DNA from: Candidatus Obscuribacteraceae bacterium
Lineage (GTDB): Bacteria; Cyanobacteriota; Vampirovibrionia; Obscuribacterales; Obscuribacteraceae
Assembly: GCA_044229845.1 (NCBI GenBank)
Contig: JBGASG010000005.1
Location: 288,001 to 352,000 of the forward strand
Length of the DNA: 64,000 nt
Reading direction: 5' to 3'
The notes under the pieces are model-generated. The model was not told the DNA's origin. It was given only the letters and a program-made list of their open reading frames with translations, and made no database searches. Shown one piece after another: positions 54,839 through 64,000 of this stretch; position 1 is the stretch's first letter; each line of letters opens with the position of its first letter. A program made the translations under genes and the position numbers.

Positions 54839-56590
54839 ATGTCGCTTGTCATTTCCGACGAAACAGAGCTTAAATACGACCGCCTGTCACTGATTCCGCT
54901 GGGCGGTCAGAGCGAAATCGGACAATCCCTGTGGGCTCTGTCATATGGCGGCGAGATTCTCCTGGTCGATGCGGGCGTCTGCTACCCCGGCACCGACCTA
55001 CCCGGCGTCGATCTTTTGCTGCCAAACATCAACTTTCTGGTCGCCAATCAACAGCGCATTACCGCCCTGGTCCTGACCAACGGCCACGAAGAACATAGCG
55101 GCGCCATCGGCTATCTCCTCAGTCACCTGAAAATACCGCGTATTCTGGCGCCCCGATTTGTATCGGCGCTGGTGTCGCAAAATCTGATGGGTCGCGGTTA
55201 CGATTCGTCCGGCACCATTCTTGATACCATCGAAACCCGCTATCCGTATCAAATCGGTCCCTTCGAAGTGGAATGGATTCAGGTCAACGATGCGATTGCC
55301 GACGCGACTGCGCTGCGTATCAATACGCCGGAAGGCGCGATTGTTTATACATCCAGCTTCAAGGTCGACCAGACGCCCGTGGATGGGCGGCACATAGATA
55401 TCTCCCGGCTGGCGCAAGTCGGCGAGTCCGGCGTCGCGCTTTTAATCAGCAACTCGGCCGGAGTCGAAAATGCCGGCTACACACCCTCCGAGCGCGCTGT
55501 GCAACCAGCTTTCGAAAAGGCGCTGGAGACGGCGGAGAGTCGCATATTCTTCCTCATGCACGGCACCAACACGCATCGCCTGCAGATGCTGTTTGATCTG
55601 GCGAAAAAATATGAGCGCAAGGTGGTGCTCTACGGAGACACTTTGATTCAATCGGCTGTGGCAGCAGTGATTACCGGCAACCTTGTTTATGATCGCAGCA
55701 TCGAAGCGAGTCTGGATCAATTCGGCAAACTCAAGGACGATGAAGTCTTGATTGTCGCCACCGGCGATGACGATGATGCTTTGAGCATGATGTGGGATCT
55801 GGCTCACGGCAAGTGCCGCGACCTCACTTTGAAGAAACACGACGTGCTCGTCTTCAGCGCCGAGATCTATCCGGGACGTTCGCGCCGGGTGGCTATGATT
55901 CTCGACCAGCTGTTGTCGCTGGGCGTCCAGGTGTTCAACAGTATGCGCGATGGTGTGCACGTGTCGAAGCACGCCAGCCAGGAAGAGTTGAAGTTGATGC
56001 TGTCGATTACCAGACCGCGTTATTTTGTGCCGTCGATTGGAGAGGGGCGGCATATCATGCACCACGCGCAACTGGCGATCGACTTCGGCATTCCCACCGA
56101 GAGTGTTTTTCCTTTGAGAAACGGCGAGGTGCTCGAACTCGCCAACGGCGGCGCCAACGTAATCGGCTCTGTCGAGGCGCAAGCGGTCTTGTACAACCGG
56201 GATCAGGGTGAAAGCGTCACCAGCTTTTCGGTCAACGAGCGCCGCGCCCTCAGCAACGAAGGCGTGCTGACGATCGCTGTCTTGCTGACTCCCGCCGGAG
56301 ACATTTTGCAGCCGCCGCATCTGGAGTATGCCGCGCTCGGATTTACAAACACTCCCGAATGGGAGACGGTGCGCGCCGACATGCTTACGGCCATTGAGGA
56401 AGTAGTGGCGCGATTTAAGTCAGCGCAAGAGCAGGCGGCCGGTGAAGAAGCTACAGATGCCGAGCCGCCGTCGTTGCGCGGCTCGATTCGCGAAGTAGTG
56501 AGCAAACTTCTGCGCTCACGCTTTCAAGCGAAACCGACTGTGCAAATTGTCGTGCACGAAGTGGCGCCTGAGAAAGCTAAAGCCAAATAA
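54839..56590 (+). CDS. rnj: RNase J homolog with degenerate metal-binding motifs
   Basis: IPLGGQSEIG, VDAG, FKVDQTPVDG, GYTPSE, HASQEELKLM; HxHxDH reads NGHEEH. Confidence 0.85.
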   Translation: MSLVISDETELKYDRLSLIPLGGQSEIGQSLWALSYGGEILLVDAGVCYPGTDLPGVDLLLPNINFLVANQQRITALVLTNGHEEHSGAIGYLLSHLKIPRILAPRFVSALVSQNLMGRGYDSSGTILDTIETRYPYQIGPFEVEWIQVNDAIADATALRINTPEGAIVYTSSFKVDQTPVDGRHIDISRLAQVGESGVALLISNSAGVENAGYTPSERAVQPAFEKALETAESRIFFLMHGTNTHRLQMLFDLAKKYERKVVLYGDTLIQSAVAAVITGNLVYDRSIEASLDQFGKLKDDEVLIVATGDDDDALSMMWDLAHGKCRDLTLKKHDVLVFSAEIYPGRSRRVAMILDQLLSLGVQVFNSMRDGVHVSKHASQEELKLMLSITRPRYFVPSIGEGRHIMHHAQLAIDFGIPTESVFPLRNGEVLELANGGANVIGSVEAQAVLYNRDQGESVTSFSVNERRALSNEGVLTIAVLLTPAGDILQPPHLEYAALGFTNTPEWETVRADMLTAIEEVVARFKSAQEQAAGEEATDAEPPSLRGSIREVVSKLLRSRFQAKPTVQIVVHEVAPEKAKAK

Positions 56591-56909
56591 CCGAGTCAGC
56601 GTCCAGCTAGAATTTGCAACCCTGGGCAACTCACGTTTGGCTCAGGAAGCGACTGCACACGCGGGTTTCGAAAGTGATCGATCACTCGGCCGTCTTCGAG
56701 AGCCTGGAGAGTTTCGCGTTGCATGAACAGATCGGCGTTTGCGCCACTTAGTTTTAGTTTCCGAGCAGCCGAACCGATTTTTCGACCACTCGCATTGTTT
56801 GCCAGATCCTTTTTCGTGTCCAACCAATTGTCCGGCAATGCCCTCTGGCTTCCGAAAATAAATTCTGCATACTCGTTGCACCGAAAAAGGTAGTCGGCAG
56901 CCTTGCTGC

Positions 56910-57107
56910 CTATGAATCAGGCGTTGGGGGTTCGTTCAATGCCTGTTTGTGCAAGGAGAGCGGTATCAACCTGCTGCTGCCAAAATGCTTTTGCTCGGCG
57001 ATGCTGACGCGCCACATGATACTCAGGACGTACAACCCCAGGCAACCGGCGCAGGCAAGCACGACAAGCCCAACAAGTTTGTGCTTTGGAATTCCGAATG
57101 AGCGCAT
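56910..57107 (-). CDS. Small membrane-anchored hypothetical protein
   Basis: Starts 6 nt after the upstream stop; one TM helix. Confidence 0.5.
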   Translation of the reverse strand: MRSFGIPKHKLVGLVVLACAGCLGLYVLSIMWRVSIAEQKHFGSSRLIPLSLHKQALNEPPTPDS

Positions 57108-57113
57108 CAGCCT

Positions 57114-58370
57114 TTACCAGGCGCCTTTGATGACCAGCGCGTTGCGTTCGTTGAGCACGACGTTCGTCGATGAACCTGGTGGCACGCTCACCGGCATGTT
57201 CCAGTAATACGTCAGACCTGGAACTTTATGTGTGCCGACTACCCACCAATTGCCCGGCGGCAGATTCGTGGAGGCACCAAAGTTGCTCAGGCGCTTCATC
57301 TTCAGAGGGAAGAGACCATCACGCACTGATTGCATTTCGATGTCGACGCGCTTTTCGTTGTATTCGGTATTGACACCCTGGTAGCGCTCCCAGCGTTCGT
57401 CTTCCTGCGCGTTGATGCGGCGGCACTCAGGCAACACCCACTTCACCATTTCGGAAGACCACGGGTAATACGTCGCGAATGTGTGCGGCTCGCCCATGCC
57501 GACCTTGGCGGCGGCATGCCGCAAACCTGCGTTGTAGGCTTCTTCCCAGCGCCAACCGAAAGTCGGAATCGGCTTGATACCTGATTGTCGGTTCAGGTAG
57601 CCGGTTTCTACTATGCGACCCTTGATGAGCTTGAATGAGGTGGGCAACCCATCCGGCTGCTTCACTACCGGCGGTTTCACCGGATATGGATAGACCATGA
57701 ATGAATCGATCGCTTGTTTGTTGTGAGGCACCACCACGCGCAGACGCAATAGCGCCGTGCCGCTGCGGAACAGCGTCGACCGCCCCGTCAGGTCGGCAAA
57801 CAAAGAAGTGTCCTCGGGACCCGCGTTGGGCTGCGGCGGAGGCACTGCACCGACAGGCAGTTGTTTGGTTGTGACCGTGGAGGCAGGCGCCGGAACCTTC
57901 GGATAGGGTGGTAGCGGTTGTCCGGGTTTGACCCGTGGAATCAGAACTGCACCGCGTCCCGATGCCGGCACGATGGGCACCTGGGCAAGTTTTTTATTGG
58001 GAGTAGGAGTTGCAGGTGCAGCTGACGTTGCCGGTGCTGCCGGCTGCGCCGCGGGTACCGTTTCTACGGTCTCTGAAGACGCCGCTGACCCACCAGGCAA
58101 GGGCGCCAGGCTGGCGGCTGCTGGTTTCTTCCCGCGTCCGGCGCTGGGACTGATCTGCACCTGCTGCACAACAGTCTGCTCGACTTCGGCACCGGCTTTC
58201 GGCGCGTACGAAGTGGGAGCGTCAAGCAGCTGTTCGTCACCACCAACGGTGGCATCGTCGCCGGTCTGTCCAAAGCTCGGCGCTTGTATCGAGATCAGTA
58301 GGGCGGCGCTCAAAAAGACTGTTCGGTATTTGACCGAAAACATCACTGGTGCTCTCTCTGGTGGTTTCAA
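57114..58370 (-). CDS. Secreted Pro/Ala-rich hypothetical protein
   Basis: Signal-peptide-like segment, low-complexity linker, globular C-terminus. Confidence 0.7.
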   Translation of the reverse strand: MKPPERAPVMFSVKYRTVFLSAALLISIQAPSFGQTGDDATVGGDEQLLDAPTSYAPKAGAEVEQTVVQQVQISPSAGRGKKPAAASLAPLPGGSAASSETVETVPAAQPAAPATSAAPATPTPNKKLAQVPIVPASGRGAVLIPRVKPGQPLPPYPKVPAPASTVTTKQLPVGAVPPPQPNAGPEDTSLFADLTGRSTLFRSGTALLRLRVVVPHNKQAIDSFMVYPYPVKPPVVKQPDGLPTSFKLIKGRIVETGYLNRQSGIKPIPTFGWRWEEAYNAGLRHAAAKVGMGEPHTFATYYPWSSEMVKWVLPECRRINAQEDERWERYQGVNTEYNEKRVDIEMQSVRDGLFPLKMKRLSNFGASTNLPPGNWWVVGTHKVPGLTYYWNMPVSVPPGSSTNVVLNERNALVIKGAW

Positions 58371-58498
58371 AGCGTCACAGTATTGTAGGCGGTCAGCCTA
58401 TCTCCATGGCTGGAGAAATCGTTCATGTTAATATTTCAGGGCTGCCGGACACAGCTGAGCCCGCAGCGGACGCCGCCTGATGAAGGATAACCACCAAG

Positions 58499-58711
58499 AT
58501 GATTTGCCCGCGCTGTACTGGAGAGATGAAGCAGGTGGAGATTCAAGACGTACCCGTCGAGCAATGCCTCGGGTGCGAAGGTGTCTGGCTCGATGCAGGT
58601 GAACTGGAACTAATCGCCCAGCGCGAATGCCACGCCATGCGCGAAAGCTGGATAGTCAAGTTGTGGAATGCCTGCCAGCCCCGCAAAAAGAAGTCGGTAG
58701 ACAACGGTTGA
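58499..58711 (+). CDS. TFIIB-like zinc-ribbon protein
   Basis: CPRC...CLGCEGVWLDAGEL. Confidence 0.85.
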   Translation: MICPRCTGEMKQVEIQDVPVEQCLGCEGVWLDAGELELIAQRECHAMRESWIVKLWNACQPRKKKSVDNG

Positions 58712-58735
58712 TATTGCGGGCGGCCGCCGGCAACG

Positions 58736-58837
58736 CTATTTATTCTTTTTCTTCTCGGCCTTGGCTGCTTTCTTCTCTTTTTGAGACTTGGCAGGTTTTT
58801 TCTTGGTTTCTTTTTTGGCGTCTTGCGCTTTTCCCAT
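58736..58837 (-). CDS. 33-aa lysine-rich small protein (below the ORF-track cutoff)
   Basis: AGGTGGTG RBS; MGKAQDAKKETKKKPAKSQKEKKAAKAEKKKNK-stop. Confidence 0.7.
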   Translation of the reverse strand: MGKAQDAKKETKKKPAKSQKEKKAAKAEKKKNK

Positions 58838-58867
58838 GGTTCACCACCTAGAAGTATTGTTTACGAC

Positions 58868-59239
58868 TTAAGACCTGTAGTGTCCAAATTTCTCGATCAG
58901 GATACCGATGGCATCCTTCACTTCTAACTCTTTTCCATCTTTATAGGTTAGTTTATCGATGTCTTCTCCCGGAGCCAGCTCTTTCATCGCTTTCTGCGCT
59001 TCCGTGCGCACCCAGTTGTTGGCGTGCATGCGGTAAACGAAGTAGAGCGGCGGGATTGCTTGCGGTTTCTTTTCCTTCACCAGCTGGTGCATCGTATCCA
59101 CTACTGATTCTGCATCGGGCGACTTGAGATTGTCCACCAGCATCTTGAAGGTGAAGTGGTCGATCTTCGACATAACAGATTTTGCCGAGTTGCGAATGAA
59201 CTCGTCAATTTGAGCAAACTGCGTAACGAAGTCCGACAA
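58868..59239 (-). CDS. Hypothetical protein with HEAT-like helices
   Basis: AIPPLY...WVRTEAQKAM. Confidence 0.65.
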   Translation of the reverse strand: MSDFVTQFAQIDEFIRNSAKSVMSKIDHFTFKMLVDNLKSPDAESVVDTMHQLVKEKKPQAIPPLYFVYRMHANNWVRTEAQKAMKELAPGEDIDKLTYKDGKELEVKDAIGILIEKFGHYRS

Positions 59240-59269
59240 GGTGTGCCGCTTTCCGCTGCTTTTGCGTTG

Positions 59270-60781
59270 CTAGTCCAGTTCCTGATAATCGGCCGGCAGG
59301 TTGGCGTTGTAGATGCGCCAGAACGCTTCCTTCAAGCCATCTTCATGCGGTTTTGGTTTGGAACCCTGACACAGTTCGACCAGGCGCAACCAGCTGATGT
59401 TGCGGAACAGATCCAGTTCTGCCGGAATAGTGGTGCCGCGCTCCGACTCCATGACCTTGAGCACTTTGTCGCAAGGCAGAGCATAGAACGCATCCACGAC
59501 TTCCGGGTCGAAATGGTTTTCGCGACCGGCTTCCATAATCTCGAAGACCTTGGTCACCGACATTCTGTTGCGGTAGTGACGCACTGAGGTCAATGCGTCG
59601 AATACATCAGATACGGTAATCACACGGGAGAGAAACGGAATTTCGTGTCCGCGCAGTCCGCGATAATAGCCGGTGCCATCCAGTTTTTCGTGGTGGCAAC
59701 TGGCTACGAAGGGTACCTGAGCCAGTCGGCTCGTAAACGGCAAGTTGGAGAGCAGTTCGTACGTGATGCGCGCGTGCGTTTGCACTTGCGCGTACTCTTC
59801 CGGAGTCAGGCGGCCGTTCTTCCAGAGAATGTTCTCGGGAACGCCGATCTTGCCGTAGTCATGCATCATCGCCGAATAGCGCAGCACATCTTTTTCGTCG
59901 GCCGACACATTCATGTGTTCGCCGATCAAGAGGCTGTACCAGGTGACGCGCATGGAGTGACCTGCTGTGAGCGGGTCGCGTTTATCAATTGTTTGTGCCA
60001 ACGTCTCCAGGGTCTTATCTACGAAGTGTTCGATCTCCGTATAGGCTTGCGCCTGTTCGATCAACCCGGCTGCCACCGCAGCCAGTGCTTGCAGCCATTC
60101 TTCATCGACATCGGTGAAGCCGCCGCCGTACTCTTTGTTCATTACTTCGAACACGCCGATCACCGCGCCGTTGCGGTTGGTCATCGGCACGCACAAAATG
60201 TTGTTGGTCCGGTAGCCGGTGCTCTTATCCACTTCGGCATCGAAGCGCGGATCGGCATAGGCATCGGGAATGTTGATGATGCGACCGGTGCGGGCGCACA
60301 AACTAACGATCGAAGTGCCCGCTAACGGAACGCGAATCGTCTTCGAATCTTCGAGACCCTGCGCGACTTGCGTCCACAGCTCGCCCTGACGATTGTCCAG
60401 CACAAATACGCTGCAACGATCGCACTTGAGCATTTGCGTCGTCTCTCGCGTGATTACATCGAGCAACGATTCGAGCTTGCGCTCGGTGGCCATCGCTTTA
60501 ACGACACGGAACAACCCGGTCAGCGGCCGTAAGCGGTCGACTTCTTTTTGTAATCCCAAGACTTTTATCTCCCGCTCAATCAAACCTATTTCGCGTTGGC
60601 TGAGGTCCGACTCCAGTTTGCGAAGATCTTCCTTCTTCGCAGGCCCATTGTCCTTTGCGTCCTTCGCCTTGGACGATGATATGCGAGAGTCGTCGTTACT
60701 GTCTACCTGTGGCTCCGTCTTTGTCTTTGTGGTCGCTGCCGCGCCGTTCTTCTTTGATGCCTTCATGTCTCCCTTAGCCAT
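59270..60781 (-). CDS. GAF + HD-GYP phosphodiesterase
   Basis: GAF (DRCSVF, DAYADPRF, GVFEVMNK); GHSMRV, MHDYGKIG, HHEKLDGTGYY, DVFDALTS. Confidence 0.92.
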   Translation of the reverse strand: MAKGDMKASKKNGAAATTKTKTEPQVDSNDDSRISSSKAKDAKDNGPAKKEDLRKLESDLSQREIGLIEREIKVLGLQKEVDRLRPLTGLFRVVKAMATERKLESLLDVITRETTQMLKCDRCSVFVLDNRQGELWTQVAQGLEDSKTIRVPLAGTSIVSLCARTGRIINIPDAYADPRFDAEVDKSTGYRTNNILCVPMTNRNGAVIGVFEVMNKEYGGGFTDVDEEWLQALAAVAAGLIEQAQAYTEIEHFVDKTLETLAQTIDKRDPLTAGHSMRVTWYSLLIGEHMNVSADEKDVLRYSAMMHDYGKIGVPENILWKNGRLTPEEYAQVQTHARITYELLSNLPFTSRLAQVPFVASCHHEKLDGTGYYRGLRGHEIPFLSRVITVSDVFDALTSVRHYRNRMSVTKVFEIMEAGRENHFDPEVVDAFYALPCDKVLKVMESERGTTIPAELDLFRNISWLRLVELCQGSKPKPHEDGLKEAFWRIYNANLPADYQELD

Positions 60782-61011
60782 TTGCGAAGTGTCTCCAATC
60801 AGATCGGCAAGGCATGCCAAAGATAGTTATACCCAGTAAGAGAGCAATTTCCGTAATGAAACATAAAATCAAGGGGTCTGACAGCGTGGCACAAAAGCTC
60901 AGCTGGTAGCAGTTTTCGAGCATCGACGCGGAATTGACTGAAACCAGACAGGGGCTTGTCAAGGCGGATGATTTGTACTAGGAAGTGCCGCTGCGCATGA
61001 GCCTCGACCGT

Positions 61012-61884
61012 TCACTGTCCGGCCGGCGTCTGCACTTCCTGACGCTGGCGATTGATGATCTCCGAGTACCGGGGCGGATCCAGCTTCCTCCAGAAGAGCA
61101 AACACGCCCGCCCGATCACGCGCTTTTCATCTAAGAAGCCCCACACATGCGAGTCTTCGCTGTTATTACGATTGTCGCCCAGCATGAATACCATGCCGGG
61201 AGGCACAATAATCGGCTCGTCGGCGCGATCTTTGTACGGCCGCTTGTCGTCGCCGATGGTGGCATGACCGATGTCGCCCAGCTTGATAAGGTCGTAGGCG
61301 GGTGGATCCTTTATGTAGGAGGTCTCATTGAGAAACTTCTCGTCAACGAAAACGCCGACCCCGCGCTTGATTTTGATTTTTTCGCCGGGCAACCCGACAA
61401 CGCGCTTGATAAACGCAGGCTCGTAGGGAAGAAACGGCAAGCCGGTCAACCGTCCCAGTACTGTGGCGGGATCGTTGCTCAGGTCCTTGCCGCCAGGCAG
61501 TTGCGAGGCAGGTGGATAAAAGACGAGGATATCGCCACGCTTCGCTTCCTTACCCAGGTTCTTCGATATCTTTTCGACGAGTATGCGATCTTCGGCTTGC
61601 AGAGTCGGTTCCATCGAGCCGGATGGGATGTAGCGCGGCTCGACCAGTAATCCGCGAATGACAATCAGGATCAGGAGCGTAACCACAACCAGCTCGGTGA
61701 TTTCTTTGACGACGCCGAACGCGCTCATTTTTTCTTGCTTTGACTCGTCCTCTATGCCCAAGTCCGAGCCCGCAACAGCATTCCCGCCTGCGTCACCTGC
61801 GTCTGCGGCGCGCAGCACTTTCGCCTCCGCATGGGCATTGGCGGATTCGCTGGCAGAGACAATTTTTTCGCTCGAGTCAGTCAC
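61012..61884 (-). CDS. lepB: Signal peptidase I
   Basis: IPSGSMEPTL, IKRVVGLPGE, GDNRNNSEDS. Confidence 0.95.
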   Translation of the reverse strand: MTDSSEKIVSASESANAHAEAKVLRAADAGDAGGNAVAGSDLGIEDESKQEKMSAFGVVKEITELVVVTLLILIVIRGLLVEPRYIPSGSMEPTLQAEDRILVEKISKNLGKEAKRGDILVFYPPASQLPGGKDLSNDPATVLGRLTGLPFLPYEPAFIKRVVGLPGEKIKIKRGVGVFVDEKFLNETSYIKDPPAYDLIKLGDIGHATIGDDKRPYKDRADEPIIVPPGMVFMLGDNRNNSEDSHVWGFLDEKRVIGRACLLFWRKLDPPRYSEIINRQRQEVQTPAGQ

Positions 61885-61929
61885 AAGTCACGACGAAATC
61901 TGAAGTTCCATCAGATCACGGGGCCTATT

Positions 61930-62685
61930 CTATTCGACTCGTTCGATTATCTGCTTGGAGAGAGAAGGGGGTATCTGGAGCTGGCGCCAGAAGAGCAACC
62001 AGGCGCGACCAATGACACGATTTTGGTCGAGAAAACCCCAGGCGTGGCTGTCCTGGCTGTTATTGCGATTGTCGCCCATCATAAACAGGTGACCTGCCGG
62101 CACTTTAATCTCGTTGTTGGCAATTTTGGGGTCGCCGTAGGGGCGGGTGCCGCCGCCGAATGGGTCGACACCGATGTCGCCCATCACCTTCAGGTCGTAA
62201 TTCGGAGCATCCGGCGCGTAGCCGTCTTCGGTCAGCAGTTGACCGTTGACGAAAACACCCACACCCTTCTGGATGCGAATCACATCCCCGGGCAGTCCAA
62301 TAATTCGTTTAATGTAGGCGGTTTCAGAGGGAAGAAACGGCAAGCCGGTCAGCCTGCCCAGAATGCTGAGCGGATCATTACTCAGGTCTTTGCCGCCGGT
62401 TTGGGAGGGTGGCGGATAGAAAACCAGTATCTCGCCGCGCTGATACGGGCGATGCAGGTGTCCGGAGATTTTCTCAACCAGCAGTCGATCTTCGATCTGC
62501 AAGGTCGGCTCCATAGAGCTGGACGGAATGTAGCGAGCCTCGGCAATCGCCCAGCGAATGGCAATCAGCAAGACAAGCACCATGACGACCAGTTCTACGA
62601 CTTCGCGCACGAACCCCAATGGTCCGCTGGGCTTGCCTTTTTCCGGCGATTTCTTTTCTGAGGTCATTTCTTCGGTTGCGGTCAT
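61930..62685 (-). CDS. lepB: Signal peptidase I (tandem paralog)
   Basis: IPSSSMEPTL, IKRIIGLPGD, GDNRNNSQDS. Confidence 0.95.
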   Translation of the reverse strand: MTATEEMTSEKKSPEKGKPSGPLGFVREVVELVVMVLVLLIAIRWAIAEARYIPSSSMEPTLQIEDRLLVEKISGHLHRPYQRGEILVFYPPPSQTGGKDLSNDPLSILGRLTGLPFLPSETAYIKRIIGLPGDVIRIQKGVGVFVNGQLLTEDGYAPDAPNYDLKVMGDIGVDPFGGGTRPYGDPKIANNEIKVPAGHLFMMGDNRNNSQDSHAWGFLDQNRVIGRAWLLFWRQLQIPPSLSKQIIERVE

Positions 62686-62708
62686 AGCAGAATTGATTTT
62701 CTCACTAA

Positions 62709-64000
62709 CTAACGTTTGTGCGCCAGCGCCGACTCGGCTTTGGCGGAACGGTCCTTGGCGCCCTGTCCGCCTGCGATTTGCGCGACGGCTTCTGCATAAC
62801 GCTCCAGTTCTGCCGGAGAATTTGTTTCCGTGACAGCAACCAACAAGCAATCTTTGTAGTCAGGCAAGAAACGGCCGAGTTCGATGCCGCCGAGAATGTT
62901 CTGTTCTTTCAATTCGTCGAGCAGCTGTGCGACCGGCACCGGCGACTGCAAAACGAACTCGTTGACGAAGGGCTGATTGAAACGCAATTTCATTCCGCCT
63001 TTGCTGGTGAGAAGTTCAGCGAGATGATGGGCGCGGCGCACGCTGATTTCGGCGGCATCGCGCAAACCCTGCGGTCCGAGCAAAGTCAGGTAGACGAGCA
63101 TGGCCAGCGCATTGAGCGCCTGGTTTGTGCAGATGTTCGACGTGGCGTTTTGCCGGCGAATATGTTGTTCGCGCGTCTGCAGTGTGAGCGTGAAAGCACG
63201 CTGTCCGCGGTTGTCCAGCGTCTGTCCGGCAAGCCTGCCCGGCAACTGACGCACAAATTTAGTGCGTGTTGCCATAAATCCAGCAGTCGGTCCACCGAAC
63301 GAGAGGTTGTTGCCGCATTGCTGCGCGTCACCAACGACGATATCAGCTCCAAAGGTTCCGGGCGGAGTCAAAAGACCCATGGCGATTGGGTCGGTGACCA
63401 CGACCAGGAGGGTGCCGGTGGCTTCGGTCTGTTTCTTGATCGCTTCCAGATCTTCCAGGCAGCCGAAGTAGTTCGGATATTGCACGACGAACGCCGCCGT
63501 TGCGTCATCGAATTTCAAAGCGGCCGCATCGACCACACCGTCGGCGGTCGGCACTGAGGTGTGCGCTACACCGGCGGTATCGAGCATGGTCCGCGTCACC
63601 AGCGCGTATTCGGGGTTGACCGATTGGGCGATCACTACTTTCTTGCGATCAGTCAGACGGCAAGCCATCATCGCCGCTTCGGCACAGGCAGTTTGTCCGT
63701 CGTACATGGATGCGTTTGCTACTTCCATGTCGGTGAGAAGGCATATGGCGGTCTGAAATTCATAGATGGCTTGCAGGCTGCCCTGGCTGACTTCAGGCTG
63801 GTAGGGCGTGTAGGCAGTGGCGAACTCACTGCGCGAAATAATGCTGCCCACCGATGCCGGCACAAATCTTCTGTATGAGCCGCCACCCAGGAAGCATGCT
63901 TGCTGCGAAGCCGGCTTATTCTTACGCGAGAGCTCCGCAACTTTCTGCGTCAACTCCAGCTCATTCAGTCCTGGAGCCAGGTTTAGCTCTTTGACGCGGA
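62709..64000 (-). CDS. gcvPA: Glycine dehydrogenase (decarboxylating) subunit 1, 5' end outside the window
   Basis: TAYTPYQPEVSQG, NASMYDG, LQTREQHIRR, SNICTNQAL; frame open to the window end. Confidence 0.95.
   Translation of the reverse strand, partial: RVKELNLAPGLNELELTQKVAELSRKNKPASQQACFLGGGSYRRFVPASVGSIISRSEFATAYTPYQPEVSQGSLQAIYEFQTAICLLTDMEVANASMYDGQTACAEAAMMACRLTDRKKVVIAQSVNPEYALVTRTMLDTAGVAHTSVPTADGVVDAAALKFDDATAAFVVQYPNYFGCLEDLEAIKKQTEATGTLLVVVTDPIAMGLLTPPGTFGADIVVGDAQQCGNNLSFGGPTAGFMATRTKFVRQLPGRLAGQTLDNRGQRAFTLTLQTREQHIRRQNATSNICTNQALNALAMLVYLTLLGPQGLRDAAEISVRRAHHLAELLTSKGGMKLRFNQPFVNEFVLQSPVPVAQLLDELKEQNILGGIELGRFLPDYKDCLLVAVTETNSPAELERYAEAVAQIAGGQGAKDRSAKAESALAHKR

Noticed and set aside
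56591..56909. ncRNA or repeat in the gap after RNase J
   Set aside because: No convincing stems, promoter or match to other repeats in the window.

Overview
A GC-rich (roughly 55-60% by eye) bacterial chromosomal window. Gene content and style suggest a non-photosynthetic cyanobacterial relative (Melainabacteria/Obscuribacterales-like); this is an inference. Most of the window is housekeeping or accessory genes: desaturase, SulP-carbonic anhydrase fusion, hipBA, ltaE, tRNA-Leu, mltG, mqnA, pdp, lysC, hutU, an acyl-CoA mutase, ppa, three DUF6745 genes, a degenerate RNase J, HD-GYP, two lepB and gcvPA. The standout is a ~9 kb minus-strand locus (35.7-44.7 kb) with three parts. (1) A four-gene ubiquitin-like operon: small Ubl ending in Gly, a protein with an E2-like GxCL motif, a JAB/JAMM peptidase and a ThiF/E1 enzyme. 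(2) A ~3 kb non-coding array of repeated sigma70 promoters, most carrying the same upstream palindromic box. These drive six Y-RNA-like RNAs (four with circularly permuted tRNA domains, YrlA-style), a second repeated structured RNA family, a ~290-nt structured RNA and three atypical tRNAs (Pro, Gln, His). (3) A divergent Ro60-like (TROVE-vWA) gene whose leader holds a seventh, minimal Y-like RNA. All calls are from motif reading by eye; no database search or folding software was run.
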